In this document: piece by piece, positions 13,603 through 29,459 of the stretch
Position numbering within the stretch: position 1 is the first letter of the stretch
Layout of the letters: each line of letters starts with the position of its first letter
Source: Spironucleus salmonicida
Taxonomy: Eukaryota
Direction: 5' to 3'
Assembly: GCF_000497125.1 (NCBI RefSeq)
Contig: NC_090596.1
Coordinates: 1-64,000 of the forward strand
DNA length: 64,000 nt
Notes under the pieces: model-generated
Databases searched by the model: none
The model's input: only the letters and a program-made list of their open reading frames with translations
Told to the model about the DNA's origin: nothing
Position numbers and translations under genes: made by a program

Positions 13603-16600
13603 TCAATCCTTAATCGATGGCTTTTGCACTGGTTCTTATCGTGTATCAAAACTTGACATATGCTTGACGCAAAATATAGTCTAGCTTTTAAATTTTCGCT
13701 AAAATACTACACTTAATTACATTTAGTCTAAGAGCTAAGATACAGCAATCTTCTCTTTGAAAGTAAACTAAAAGTAAGTAAAATTATTTTTAATTTTCAG
13801 TGTGCTAAATAGATTATTTAATTTTGCAATCATAAACGATGGATCTTTAATAAATCTAAGATCTAGTAAAATAATAGTGTAGGGTTTTTATTTTAACAAA
13901 AACTTATCGCAACAAAAGATTGTTTGTCTAGAATCGAATACCTAATTAAAAAAGCTTAGTTCCTGTACGGGCTCTACACTCACCATACCAGTTAAGTTAG
14001 GCAAGCTAGTCTCAATGTTTAGGTCTTCAGATTTCTTGACAAATATGTAAATCTTGCCTAAATAGTTGACTATGCTAAATTCATGCTTCTTCTGAATAAA
14101 ACTATCGAAAATAGTGATGTACTCATCTTCTTATGTCAACTAATAGAACTGATACTTTCTACTGTCGTTGGTTAGGTCTAAAATTTTTTTAATACGCTCA
14201 TCATTTTTAGCTTTCTCTTTCTCTTGCTCCTGCGTAACTAACGCAGATGCACTCATATAGAGCATATCATTATCATTTTCCTCACCAGTATATTTAAAGA
14301 TCAAATCTGCCGTTTTTGAATCCAGACCTATCTGTAATACATTTTTAAGGCCAAATGGCATGATTTTTTAGTTCAGGAAGTCCGGTATATGGTGTCCATA
14401 CTCTACTGGCAACACATAACAACCTTCTATCATTTCTAATGGTAAAGTAATATCGTCATACCCATGGAATGTGATGATGAAATCAAAAATTTTGTGATCT
14501 TGATCTAGTACATGTTAAAAACACAACTATTTATCAAACGGGATTATTATAATTAACGATGTAATTTTTTCTTATCTTACTAAAATCTCGAATGCTTCGC
14601 GCGCAGCCTATACTGAGTCTTTGAGTATTTAGTTATATACAGCTGCATCCTCCCCTTTGTGATCATAAGCCCTGTTGTTATCACTAAATTCATGTAGCGC
14701 ATAATCTAGCGTTGGATTCAAGAACATGATTTATTGATCGTCTTGCGCAAATGCTTCCACCAGATTTTAATAAAAGGTTATTTTTATCTTATTATTGACA
14801 ATAGCCTGTACATATACACTTCTGCAGTTTAGAGTCTGCATAACCTTCTTCAAATTCTCGAGTAAAGTATTAGACTGCCTGGAAATAATCATAACTAGCA
14901 AAATGGCATTCAAAAACTCTAATAGGATACTTCGACTAAAAAACTTGGAAAGGTCTTACGACAAGGACTGAATTTTTTCTGCTTTGAATATATTTTACGA
15001 AAACGTTTCAATAAATTTCGTCATCAGCTGATAGTTTAAAACGGCCACTACTTCTGAGTTTAGCGTTGTCGATGCTATACAACTAATATTGTATTGAGCA
15101 CTATTATTCAATAAATCAAATTTGTGTGTACCTTTATTCAGTACAAAATTTTTAACTTCATCAACATCTTTGCTTATAATAATATTTTCGAAAGTCTAGG
15201 TAAGACTGCACATCTAATATACGTCGACTTTCACATTGTTCACAGTAATTTTGTGACGCTTAACGCCATTAAAATTATTAAGTTGTTTTGACTCTTTGTC
15301 TTTGAGGAACCATATAGAAGGGCATATGGAAGAACACATGAACTACATCTCAACCGACTTTTCCGTCATCATCGAGTACAGCAGCGATACCAAAATTGGT
15401 GTTTCTTCAGCAAATTTATTGACTCTACCTGGTATAGCATCTACAGCCTAGGTATAACCAGCAGCATCCACTACCACCCGGCGCTGCTCGTACTGAAAGC
15501 TAGACAGCAATGACGCATGAGGCTGAACATATCCTAATATCTATGCGTTAATATACTTTACGCCCACTCTGCTTGATAAGATATTATAGGAAAATTAATT
15601 GACTGTAAGGAAATTTATGACGGTAAGGTCTGTTCCCACCATTATAACCGTAACATAATCAAAATTAGGTGTCTCGTATTTAGTACTGTATTTTTCAACC
15701 ATTTTTGGTAGTTTTTCAATCATCAATTATAGATTTTAATGTAAATTCTTTGTATTTATATTCATAAAATATTCGCATATTAAAGACTGGACTGAAGAAG
15801 ACCAATATTATTTTAGCATGCCCTGCTAACCTTTAGAGGAAGTATTCTCACCAGTAGTTTTTTCTTCTTTTTTATCCTTGGATAACTAGTCATCCACTTA
15901 GCTCTCTTCAATTTTCTTAAATGCAATAACTGAAAATGTTTTCCAAAACGCTGTTTCGACCCCTCTGGGGTTAAATAATTAAAGAATCAATTTGTAGAAA
16001 TTCGTTTCAAAATCCTAATAGTACTGAACCCGATTCCTGTAAGACACCATTCCCTTAAAGAATATTTATCTAAATTTTGTTCTGTTCCTAATATTCAATA
16101 TCTGCGGTGAGTAAACAACTAACTCGTCAAGAATGTCGTAATCAGCAATCTCGAGGCGAAGGTACTCCATAGCTATGAGAATATACTCTGATTTTCCTAG
16201 TATGTTATTAAGAGATTTAAAATATTCTATTATAACTTATTGGTTGGACTGCATAATACTAAATATCTCATTTTTTTGCTTAAACTATATACTGGTTATG
16301 ATGTCTTCAAGAGTTTGGTACAAGTCTATACCTTTATTTTAGAATCGACCTGTCACACTAAGTTAGTTCAGTTTTTGCTTTGCTGCTACCAACAAGTTAA
16401 TGTTCAGAAGTTGTGAAATAACATTGATAGCTAAATTATATTTTTTGTTTTTGACATCTCCTAATATGTCTATCTTTTAAAATTCTTGAATAGAAAGTGT
16501 TGCTTAAATCTTAGCATACCGTTTCTTACCTAACTTGATTAGCTTTTTCTCGTAATATACGAACAATAACTGACACAACTTAACGCATTTCGAAAATTTC

Positions 16601-18042
16601 TCCTTCTATGACTGCAAGCACTCATCTACCAAAATAATAGGGTGTTTCAATTATATATTATTTCGCCTTTGTTATTCAAGTAATACTTAGTCTATATCAT
16701 TTATAATATTTGCAGTATCTATAATGAAAAAAGAAGCTAGTTTTAGTTAATCGAATTGCAACTATATAGAATTATCGTATTTTAGCTTTTGAACTAATTA
16801 CAAGTTGCCCTGAATTTTGTTAATAAATAGAATCATACTCTAGTAAATAAAAGACATCTAGTCTAAGCTTTCCAACTGAAAGGTATGGAATTTACAAACA
16901 TCAGCAAGTACTTTTTCTTTGTAATTTTTTAAATCCTGCAACTCAAATGTATTCTTATACTGATCAACTAGTTGCTCGTGAAATGAGTGTGTCCTGTACT
17001 TATATAGAGGTTAGTCATCAGATCCTTCCTTATTGAGCAAAATTGGAACATTTCCCTTCAGGAGGTGGAAAAAGTACTGCGTGTAGAGAGCTACGCTTTT
17101 CCCAGACCTGGAACTCTGGCTTATGACAGCATTCGTAAGAGTGTCGTTAAGATCATTTTTAACCAACGAGAATAATGCAAAATACTCCGCCTTGAAGAGG
17201 TAGGACACGTGGCAGAGCTGCTGGAACATGAACAGGCAGATACCGGTATTAAGAAAGTGGGTGGGGAGCTGGAACAGGTTGATAAGCTCAAATTCATCCA
17301 ACTATGGTTTTTCTTATTCTGTGAATGGCTATCCATTGTAAATCTTATTTGATACCTCAAATATCTTTCTAAGTTAATCCAACTCTTTACCATATACCTT
17401 TTTTGCATCAGTGTTATTCTTTAACTCTGCAAACTAAATATCATACAACCTGAATGCCGAGTAGCCAAAAATCAACGGCAGAATTAGAGGATACTCTCCT
17501 ACCGTCTGGTACTTAATAGCTGCTAGCTGCAACAGTACCTGATTTTCATGAAAATCAATTTTCTTTATACTTTTAGTCTAAAGAATCTTTTTAGTATCAA
17601 AACTATTGTATAGCGAAAAGTACTGTAAATGGTAGTCTTTAATGCTATTTGCAAATTTAGCAAAATCAGGTTCGCAGGTTGATTATACTGATAGCACATC
17701 TAGACCCATCTGTGCTGCGACAAGACCGATATTGCTCCATAAATTAGATTTTGCTAACAAATTTACCTCATTAAAATCTGATATTTAAAACCGTACTTTA
17801 TGTGCAATTTTCCCCAGCTTCTTGTAGAGCAGAATAACCTACAATGCGCAAAGCTACTCTTTCGTTGTAATAGTTGCACGTAGAATATATTACTATTCAC
17901 TATCAAGCTAGATTGATTGACTAATTTCATTATCTCTTATAGTAAACTTAATCTATAAAATAGTGTTACTAACTATTACATTTTTATTAACATCAACTGA
18001 AAATGGAATAGCTTCAAACTCGACAAATAAATCTTCAGTCAT
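13603..18042 (-). CDS. Crinkler/RHS-like P-loop NTPase + putative REase protein, internal copy A (1479 aa to first TGA)
   Basis: ATG 18042 (MTEDLFVEFEAIPFSVD) to TGA at 13603 (..QKPSIKD*), open under code 6. Motifs AVISQSSRSGKS, HPIILVDEC, VIMVGT, VDAIPG, SILLEF, IFDFIITF..VLPVEYG. Clear paralog of 3149-8527. Confidence 0.85.
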
Positions 18043-18549
18043 TTAATAAGGAAATAGGAAAGATGTAAAGTAAAATATATCAATATTATACATTAATATA
18101 ATATTATAATTTGAAGAAAAAACTCTACTTGCATTTATAATACATAATTTAATACATATTATAATTAATGAATGTTAAGCGTTTTACGAACTAAAAAGTA
18201 TGAAATAAACTCGTGTAACTATACCATCTGCCTTTCAGCGCTAGTAAGGAATTATCAATATATAATACTACTTAACTATCACGCATTCTTAGTGAATGTA
18301 TGAGTTTCCTAAAAATACGTTAGCTCATACGCTATGCATGATCCCACGCGTTCCTGTCATTACTAGATCCAATAAGTAGCATCTTCTGTTGACCTAGCTT
18401 CTCTTTGGTAAAACTCATCCTGCGAGTCGTCGTTACCATCTAAAATTCATCCATCCCTATGCTTCGGTGTTAAGCAGCATACCGAGTGAGACTGTAGAAT
18501 ATCATTTTTGATAGATTATGCATCATCCAGGTATTAAAGATAGAATGTA

Positions 18550-20610
18550 TACAGTATTCGGCATAGCCTGTGCTTGTACTCTACAGGTAAGAATAGCCTT
18601 CCTAGTGTACTGTGCACCTGGGCTCATAAGTGAATATATATTAGTAAGTATAGTAATGTATTATATAAATACAATAGTAATATACTAAATATCCTTATAG
18701 GCACCACTCCCAATGCATATATACTATTAAACTCCATTTAAGCTATTACTATATATACTATAGTATTGCATACTCATCAAGCACTATCCCAGTACCACTC
18801 ACGCCTGCCTTGGTGCTGTCTATGGAAATACTTGGGGTACCGTACTGGTGGTACCCACTTCAGTAGCAGGCAGGTACTACACATAGAATATACTAACATC
18901 ATTCGGCATAGCCTGTGCTTGTACTCTACAGGTAAGAATAGCCTTCTTAGGCTACTGTGCACCTGGGCTCATAAGTGAGTATATATTAGTAAGTATAGTA
19001 GTATATTATATAGATACAATAGTATATACTAAATATCCTTACAAGCACCACTCCCAATGCATATATACTACTAAACTCCAATTAAGATATTACTATATAT
19101 ACTATAGTATTGTATTGTCGTCAAGCACTACGCCAGTACCACTCACGCCTACCGTGGTGCTGTCTATGGAAATACTTGGGGTACCGTACTAGTGGTACCC
19201 ACTTCAGTAGCAGGCAGGTACTACACATAGAATATACAAACAGCATTCGGCATAGCCTGTGCTTGTACTCTACAGGTAAGAATAGCCTTCTTAGGCTACT
19301 TTGTACCTGGGCTCATAAGTGAATATATATTAGTAAGTATAGTAATGTATTATATAGATACAATAGTAATATACTAAATATCCTTACAAGCACCACTCCC
19401 AATGCATATATACTACTAAACTCCATTTAAGATATTACTATATATACTATAGTATTGTATTGTCGTCAAGCACTATCCCAGTACCACTCACGCCTACCGT
19501 GGTGCTGTCTATGGAACTACTTGGGGTACCAGTACTGGTGGTACCCAGTTCAGTAGCAGCCAGGTATTACACATAGAATATACAAACAGCATTCGGCATA
19601 GCCTGTGCTTGTACTCTACAGGTAAGAATAGCCTTCTTAGGCTACTTTGTACATGGGCTCATAAGTGAATATATATTAGTAAGTATAGTAATGTATTATA
19701 TAAATACAATAGTAATATACTAAATATCCTTATAGGCACCACTCCCAATGCATATATACTATTAAACTCCATTTAAGCTATTACTATATATACTATAGTA
19801 TTGCATACTCATCAAGCACTATCCCAGTACCACTCACGCCTGCCTTGGTGCTGTCTATGGAAATACTTGGGGTACCGTACTGGTGGTACCCACTTCAGTA
19901 GCAGGCAGGTACTACACATAGAATATACTAACATCATTCGGCATAACCTGTGCTTGTACTCTACAGGTAAGAATAGCCTTCTTAGGCTACTGTGCACCTG
20001 GGCTCATAAGTGAATATATATTAGTAAGTATAGTAATGTATTATATAAATACAATAGTAATATACTAAATATCCTTATAGGCACCACTCCCAATGCATAT
20101 ATACTATTAAACTCCATTTAAGCTATTACTATATATACTATAGTATTGCATACTCATCAATCACTATGCAGTACCACTCACGCCTGCCTTGGTGCTGTCT
20201 ATGGAACTACTTGGGGTAGCAGTACTAGTGGTACCCACTTCAGTAGCAGGCAGGTACTACACATAGAATATACAAGCAGTCTTCGGCATAGCCTGTGCTT
20301 GTACTCTACAGGTAAGAATAGCCTTCTTAGTGCTACTGTGTACCTGGGCTCATAAGTGAATATATATTAGTAAGTATAGTAATGTATTATATAGATACAA
20401 TAGTAATATATTATATATCCTTATAGGCACCACTCCCAATGCATATATACTACTAAACTCCAATTAAGATATTACTATATATACTATAGTATTGTATAAT
20501 CATCCAGCACTACGCCAGTACCACTCACGCCTGCCTTGGTGCTGTCTATGGAAATACTTGGGGTACCGTACTAGTGGTACCCACTTCACTAGCAGCCAGC
20601 TATGACAAAT
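18550..20610. repeat. ~345-bp satellite array 2 (6 units)
   Basis: Unit-marker CGGCATA[GA]CCTG at ~18559, 18904, 19248, 19594, 19939 and 20284. Confidence 0.95.
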
Positions 20611-23600
20611 ATGAAGGTTAAGCCATTATACACTATGCCAACAGCATCGACTCAGGCTCGTAGCACCAAAATGTGGAAGGCCTAAGCTAGCATAATCTCA
20701 GTCCTGTTCTTAATAAATTATGATATTGCTACCTCGCTGGGGCCTGACCACCAGCTAGCGCTATCCTCGTCACCCTAATAACCACATTTCCACTTGCCCT
20801 GTCCGCTCGCAGATCTCTAGATTTCGTGCAGCTCATGCAACTTTGTCCCTAATAAATTCCCTTCAGTGTAAAATTCGCTCTCGCGCTCTCGAGATTCCAT
20901 GCAGTTATGGACCAAATTTCCGCGGAAATTGCACGAATCTATCAACCTTAAATCGGTGCAATCGGCGATTTTGCAGAATTAAAAACCGTACCGTTTGGGA
21001 CATCTTGACGATGCTGCTTTTAAACTTCTGAGGATCGGTTTGCAGGGTGCTTTGGATTTACTCTTGGCGGTATCAGAAATGATGAAATAGTGATAAATGG
21101 AGGTATGATAGGTACATTCGATATGTAGTGGATAGCATTAGCCAAATGGCGCTTGTGAATTGTCTGGGTAACTTATTGAACGCATTTTGAAGGAATAGCA
21201 TTTTAGTTAAATTTAATGTATAATAAAATATGAAATCTCGATTTTTAAAGCGCTTCCGCTATCGATGGGAGGCTGCGACATTTAAGACTTTAAAATTACT
21301 GCTCTGATAATTAAAATTATATCATATGATATATTATAAAAATATGCATAGCTAGTGTTATTATATAGGGAAACTCAAAGTATACATATGAGCAGATTTA
21401 GTTATATTTATATTTACTTGTGTAGGTTTTTGTTTACTGATTATATTATATTGGTATTTAATATATATTGTAAACATTTAGCATTATTTTGTATCAAAAC
21501 TCAGGTTAAAACTAATTAGTTCTAAATACTTAATATTCTTATAATTCATAGCATATTTGTGACTCAAAACCAGAACCTTATATCCTATGGAATGCATTAG
21601 CAACAATTTAATGCATAGTGCTAGGGGTAAATTTGATACTGTGCAGGATTAGTTAAGTTAAATACATCATGCAGATCATGTCTAATACTGAGTAAACGAT
21701 ATTTACCTAAACTAGTATTGTAATTATTACCAACTGCATCGAAATATACTAATTATGGGTAAGCTTTTAAATCTATTTTGTATTTAGTTTCTATATGCCA
21801 GCTAATTACCTACTGTGCGCCTTGCTAATATATTATATATCTGCATAGTTATAAAATACCCAAGTAGTAAAATAAGCGCTCTAGCAGCCCAAGATATCAG
21901 GATCACTCCTCTCAAATACATAGAGCAATATAATGCTACACGAATAATATATTTAGTAAGATCTCTTTACATCTCTTGGCGAATCTCACATCCTGAGCAC
22001 CTACTGATACATCTTGCACAAATAATTTCACTTGCTTTTAGTATTGTTACTCTGATTCGCTCTGCTAACTCCTATCTACTAAAATAATCGTATATCCTAC
22101 ACTATCACGGATGTTCCAAAGCAGAGAACCTATTGCTCTATTATGAGTTTGATTACCTATTTGCTACACTAGTTCGGTATAAATTTTGCAAAGCTTACAG
22201 TTAGTATAATTTTTATACTTGCTTACCCTAATCCATATAAGATGTATCCCAACTCAGCTAGTTCCGTTGAGTGTGTGATAGCAGTCTCTCATATATTATC
22301 ATAAGTGGTTAGTCTTTAACCTAAACATTTCGATAATCTAGATAGCTAGTATCTAGTGAACGTGAAAACTGCTAGGCTTAAGATAACTGCTAATTTATTA
22401 TGTATTATTTATTTTAATATATAAGCAATAATCAGTTATAAATTTTCGAAACCCTCGCTCGATTTAGTTTTGCTAGATTATCGAAATATCCGGTAATACT
22501 TTCCAATATATAGCATAGCAGTATAACATAAGTACAAGTGAACATCAGATTGAATAATGCTATAGTCATTACTAAGCATTTAACAAATTAGTCTTTGCAT
22601 GATATGCATCTTTCCTAGTCTAAATCAGCCGTACTTCTAGTTATAATTTTATTTTATAAACTGTTACAGTCTCGCGATCAATTACTATAAATTGAAATAG
22701 TTACTATGTCATTTTAATCATCAAAATAATATTTTTGATAATATTCTAAATATTTTTACTTAATTTTATATTCCTTTATTCGTATAATTTTTTCAAAAAC
22801 TTCTCCGGTAATGATGGTAGTACGATTTCTAGGGTCTAATTTAATCTGGTGTTGATTTTAATAAAATGATTTGTGTTTCCTTTGCTGCTATGAATAGATC
22901 TATAAATTAACGAATTAGTATACTTTCACCTACGCCTCCCAGACGTCTAAACAATTTACCATTTTCGTATTCCGTTAAAATCATAGTTACGAAACATGTA
23001 TATATTAATGAGATTTATGCAAACTAGAGACTTTACACTAAATAATCAATTAACTCTATACTTGTGCATCCTTTGGTGGCTGCCTGTGAGTGCTAACCAT
23101 TAGGCTTAAGGAGTCTTATATATGAAAATGCTGTAAATCATGAATGTGATCCAAAATACTTTATCCTCAGCACTTCTGTACATATAGCACCAAGCATCTA
23201 GACTCATACTATTTTTAACCCACTAGACTTGATTAGCATAACCTACAATTAAAATACTGTTCATTGTTAGTAGTTACGGCAGAAAGTCTTTCGACTGAGC
23301 AGCTAGATGTGCACAGAGGTTTCTTTTCAGCTAAATATCGTAGTCAATTCTGCTAAAATTAGCATAAACATTTTTACTACTGTACTATAACTTAGAATGC
23401 TAGTAAAGTCACTTATTCTTATACACAACTCTAGAACTCCACATGGCTCTCGGGAATACAAAATTCTAGTAAACAATTTATATAGGAATTTAGAGTTAGA
23501 TATAGTTACATTGGAGAATACAATGTTAATGGTAACATTCTCGACAGCACTGCGCAACGACCTAGTAAAAACATATCTTCCCCTTAGGTATCCATTTAGG

Positions 23601-23770
23601 TATTTGATTTTAGCAAAGCATGCAATTACAATTTGTAGACATTATAATAACTATATACTTGTTAGATAGGAGATAAATGATTCCATTTTTTAGTTTAAGC
23701 ATATCATTAATCCTGCCTATACCTGCTAATGGTACTGAAACTATCTCATTTGATTATTTATTTTTGAAAA

Positions 23771-24510
<740 letters not shown>

Positions 24511-24512
24511 AA

Positions 24513-27500
24513 TCAATCCTTAATCGATGGCTTTTGCACTGGTTCTTATCGTGTATCAAAACTTGACATATGCTTGACGCAAAATATAGTCTAGCTTTTA
24601 AATTTTCGCTAAAATACTACACTTAATTACATTTAGTCTAAGAGCTAAGATACAGCAATCTTCTCTTTGAAAGTAAACTAAAAGTAAGTAAAATTATTTT
24701 TAATTTTCAGTATGCTAAATAGATTATTTAATTTTGCAATCATAAACGATGGATCTTTAATAAATCTAAGATCTAGTAAAATAATAGTGTAGGGTTTTTA
24801 TTTTAACAAAAACTTATCGCAACAAAAGATTGTTTGTCTAGAATCGAATACCTAATTAAAAAAGCTTAGTTCCTGTACGGGCTCTACACTCACCATACCA
24901 GTTAAGTTAGGCAAGCTAGTCTCAATGTTTAGGTCTTCAGATTTCTTGACAAATATGTAAATCTTGCCTAAATAGTTGACTATGCTAAATTCATGCTTCT
25001 TCTGAATAAAACTATCGAAAATAGTGATGTACTCATCTTCTTATGTCAACTAATAGAACTGATACTTTCTACTGTCGTTGGTTAGGTCTAAAATTTTTTT
25101 AATACGCTCATCATTTTTAGCTTTCTCTTTCTCTTGCTCCTGCGTAACTAACGCAGATGCACTCATATAGAGCATATCATTATCATTTTCCTCACCAGTA
25201 TATTTAAAGATCAAATCTGCCGTTTTTGAATCCAGACCTATCTGTAATACATTTTTAAGGCCAAATGGCATGATTTTTTAGTTCAGGAAGTCCGGTATAT
25301 GGTGTCCATACTCTACTGGCAACACATAACAACCTTCTATCATTTCTAATGGTAAAGTAATATCGTCATACCCATGGAATGTGATGATGAAATCAAAAAT
25401 TTTGTGATCTTGATCTAGTACATGTTAAAAACACAACTATTTATCAAACGGGATTATTATAATTAACGATGTAATTTTTTCTTATCTTACTAAAATCTCG
25501 AATGCTTCGCGCGCAGCCTATACTGAGTCTTTGAGTATTTAGTTATATACAGCTGCATCCTCCCCTTTGTGATCATAAGCCCTGTTGTTATCACTAAATT
25601 CATGTAGCGCATAATCTAGCGTTGGATTCAAGAACATGATTTATTGATCGTCTTGCGCAAATGCTTCCACCAGATTTTAATAAAAGGTTATTTTTATCTT
25701 ATTATTGACAATAGCCTGTACATATACACTTCTGCAGTTTAGAGTCTGCATAACCTTCTTCAAATTCTCGAGTAAAGTATTAGACTGCCTGGAAATAATC
25801 ATAACTAGCAAAATGGCATTCAAAAACTCTAATAGGATACTTCGACTAAAAAACTTGGAAAGGTCTTACGACAAGGACTGAATTTTTTCTGCTTTGAATA
25901 TATTTTACGAAAACGTTTCAATAAATTTCGTCATCAGCTGATAGTTTAAAACGGCCACTACTTCTGAGTTTAGCGTTGTCGATGCTATACAACTAATATT
26001 GTATTGAGCACTATTATTCAATAAATCAAATTTGTGTGTACCTTTATTCAGTACAAAATTTTTAACTTCATCAACATCTTTGCTTATAATAATATTTTCG
26101 AAAGTCTAGGTAAGACTGCACATCTAATATACGTCGACTTTCACATTGTTCACAGTAATTTTGTGACGCTTAACGCCATTAAAATTATTAAGTTGTTTTG
26201 ACTCTTTGTCTTTGAGGAACCATATAGAAGGGCATATGGAAGAACACATGAACTACATCTCAACCGACTTATCCGTCATCATCGAGTACAGCAGCGATAC
26301 CAAAATTGGTGTTTCTTCAGCAAATTTATTGACTCTACCTGGTATAGCATCTACAGCCTAGGTATAACCAGCAGCATCCACTACCACCCGGCGCTGCTCG
26401 TACTGAAAGCTAGACAGCAATGACGCATGAGGCTGAACATATCCTAATATCTATGCGTTAATATACTTTACGCCCACTCTGCTTGATAAGATATTATAGG
26501 AAAATTAATTGACTGTAAGGAAATTTATGACGGTAAGGTCTGTTCCCACCATTATAACCGTAACATAATCAAAATTAGGTGTCTCGTATTTAGTACTGTA
26601 TTTTTCAACCATTTTTGGTAGTTTTTCAATCATCAATTATAGATTTTAATGTAAATTCTTTGTATTTATATTCATAAAATATTCGCATATTAAAGACTGG
26701 ACTGAAGAAGACCAATATTATTTTAGCATGCCCTGCTAACCTTTAGAGGAAGTATTCTCACCAGTAGTTTTTTCTTCTTTTTTATCCTTGGATAACTAGT
26801 CATCCACTTAGCTCTCTTCAATTTTCTTAAATGCAATAACTGAAAATGTTTTCCAAAACGCTGTTTCGACCCCTCTGGGGTTAAATAATTAAAGAATCAA
26901 TTTGTAGAAATTCGTTTCAAAATCCTAATAGTACTGAACCCGATTCCTGTAAGACACCATTCCCTTAAAGAATATTTATCTAAATTTTGTTCTGTTCCTA
27001 ATATTCAATATCTGCGGTGAGTAAACAACTAACTCGTCAAGAATGTCGTAATCAGCAATCTCGAGGCGAAGGTACTCCATAGCTATGAGAATATACTCTG
27101 ATTTTCCTAGTATGTTATTAAGAGATTTAAAATATTCTATTATAACTTATTGGTTGGACTGCATAATACTAAATATCTCATTTTTTTGCTTAAACTATAT
27201 ACTGGTTATGATGTCTTCAAGAGTTTGGTACAAGTCTATACCTTTATTTTAGAATCGACCTGTCACACTAAGTTAGTTCAGTTTTTGCTTTGCTGCTACC
27301 AACAAGTTAATGTTCAGAAGGTGTGAAATAACATTGATAGCTAAATTATATTTTTTGTTTTTGACATCTCCTAATATGTCTATCTTTTAAAATTCTTGAA
27401 TAGAAAGTGTTGCTTAAATCTTAGCATACCGTTTCTTACCTAACTTGATTAGCTTTTTCTCGTAATATACGAACAATAACTGACACAACTTAACGCATTT

Positions 27501-28952
27501 CGAAAATTTCTCCTTCTATGATTGCAAGCACTCATCTACCAAAATGATAGGGTGTTTCAATTATATATTATTTCGCCTTTGTTATTCAAGTAATACTTAG
27601 TCTATATCATTTATAATATTTGCAGTATCTATAATGAAAAAAGAAGCTAGTTTTAGTTAATCGAATTGCAACTATATAGAATTATCGTATTTTAGCTTTT
27701 GAACTAATTACAAGTTGCCCTGAATTTTGTTAATAAATAGAATCATACTCTAGTAAATAAAAGACATCTAGTCTAAGCTTTCCAACTGAAAGGTATGGAA
27801 TTTACAAACATCAGCAAGTACTTTTTCTTTGTAATTTTTTAAATCCTGCAACTTGAATGTATTTTTATACTAGGCAACTAGTTGCTCGTGAAATGAGTGT
27901 GTCCTGTACTTATATAGAGGTTAGTCATCAGATCCTTCCTTATTGAGCAAAATTGGAACATTTCCCTTCAGGAGGTGGAAAAAGTACTGCGTGTAGAGAG
28001 CTACGCTTTTCCCAGACCTGGAACTCTGGCTTATGACAGCATTCGTAAGAGTGTCGTTAAGATCATTTTTAACCAACGAGAATAATGCAAAATACTCCGC
28101 CTTGAAGAGGTAGGACACGTGGCAGAGCTGCTGGAACATGAACAGGCAGATACCGGTATTAAGAAAGTGGGTGGGGAGCTGGAACAGGTTTATAAGCTCA
28201 AATTCATCCAACTATGGTTTTTCTACTTCGATGAATACCTCTCCATTGTAAATCTTATTCGATACCTCAAATATCTTTTTAAGTAAATCCAAGTCTTCAC
28301 CATACACATCTCTTGTTATAGTGTTCTTCTTTAACTTTTTAAACTAAGTATCATACAACCTGAATGCAGAGTAGCCAAAAATCAACGGCAGAATTAGATG
28401 GTACTCTCCTACCTTCTGGTACTTAATTGCTGCTAGCTGCAACAGTACCTGATTTTCATGAAAGTTTAAATCTTCTATAACTTCAGGCTAGAGAAGTTAT
28501 TCCGTGTCGAAACTATTGTAAAGCGAAAAATACTACAAATCATAACCTTCGATGCTCTATGCAAATTTAGCAAAATAATAGTCGCAGGTGCATTTTATCG
28601 AAAGAACCCTAAGCCCCATCTGTGCTGCAACTAGGCCTATATTGTCCCAAAATTTTGGATCTCGCGATTTAATTATCTTTTTTAATTATGATATTTAAAA
28701 CCGCATATTCTGAGCTATTTTTCCCAGCTTCTTGTAGAGCAGGACGACCTAGACCGCGCACAGCTACTCTTTCGTTGTAATAGTTGCACGTAGAATATAT
28801 TACTATTGACCATCAAGCTAGATTGATTGACTAATTTCATTATCTCTTATGGTAAACTTAATCTATAAAATAGTGTTACTAACTATTACATTTTTATTAG
28901 CATCAACTGAAAATGGAATAGCGTCAAACTCGACAAATAAATCTTCAGTCAT
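24513..28952 (-). CDS. Crinkler/RHS-like P-loop NTPase + putative REase protein, internal copy B (1479 aa)
   Basis: ATG 28952 (MTEDLFVEFDAIPFSVD) to TGA at 24513. I checked that the divergent 5' segment 28200-28740 stays in frame without TGA. Same motifs as copy A. Confidence 0.85.
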
Positions 28953-29459
28953 TTAATAAGGAAATAGGAAAGATGTAAAGTAAAATATATCAATATTATA
29001 CATTAATGTAATATTATACTTTGAAGAAAAAACTCTACTTGCATTTATAATACATAATTTAATACATATTATAATTAATGAATGTTAAGCGTTTTACGAA
29101 CTAAAAAGTATAAAATGAACTCGTGTAACTATACCATCTGCCTTTCAGCGCTAGTAAGGAATTATCAATATATAATACTACTTAACTATCACGCATTCTT
29201 AGTGAATGTATGAGTTTCCTAAAAATACGTTAGCTCATACGCTATGCATGATCCCACGCATCCCTATCGTTACTAGATCCAATAAGTACCATCTTCTGCT
29301 GACTTTGCTGCCCTTTGGTAAAACTCATCCTAGCGAGTCGTCGTTACCATCTAAAATTCATCCATCCCTATGCTTCGGTCTTAAGCAGCATACCGAGTGA
29401 GACTGTAGAATATCATTTTTGATAGATTATGCATCATGCGGGTATTAAAGATAAAATAC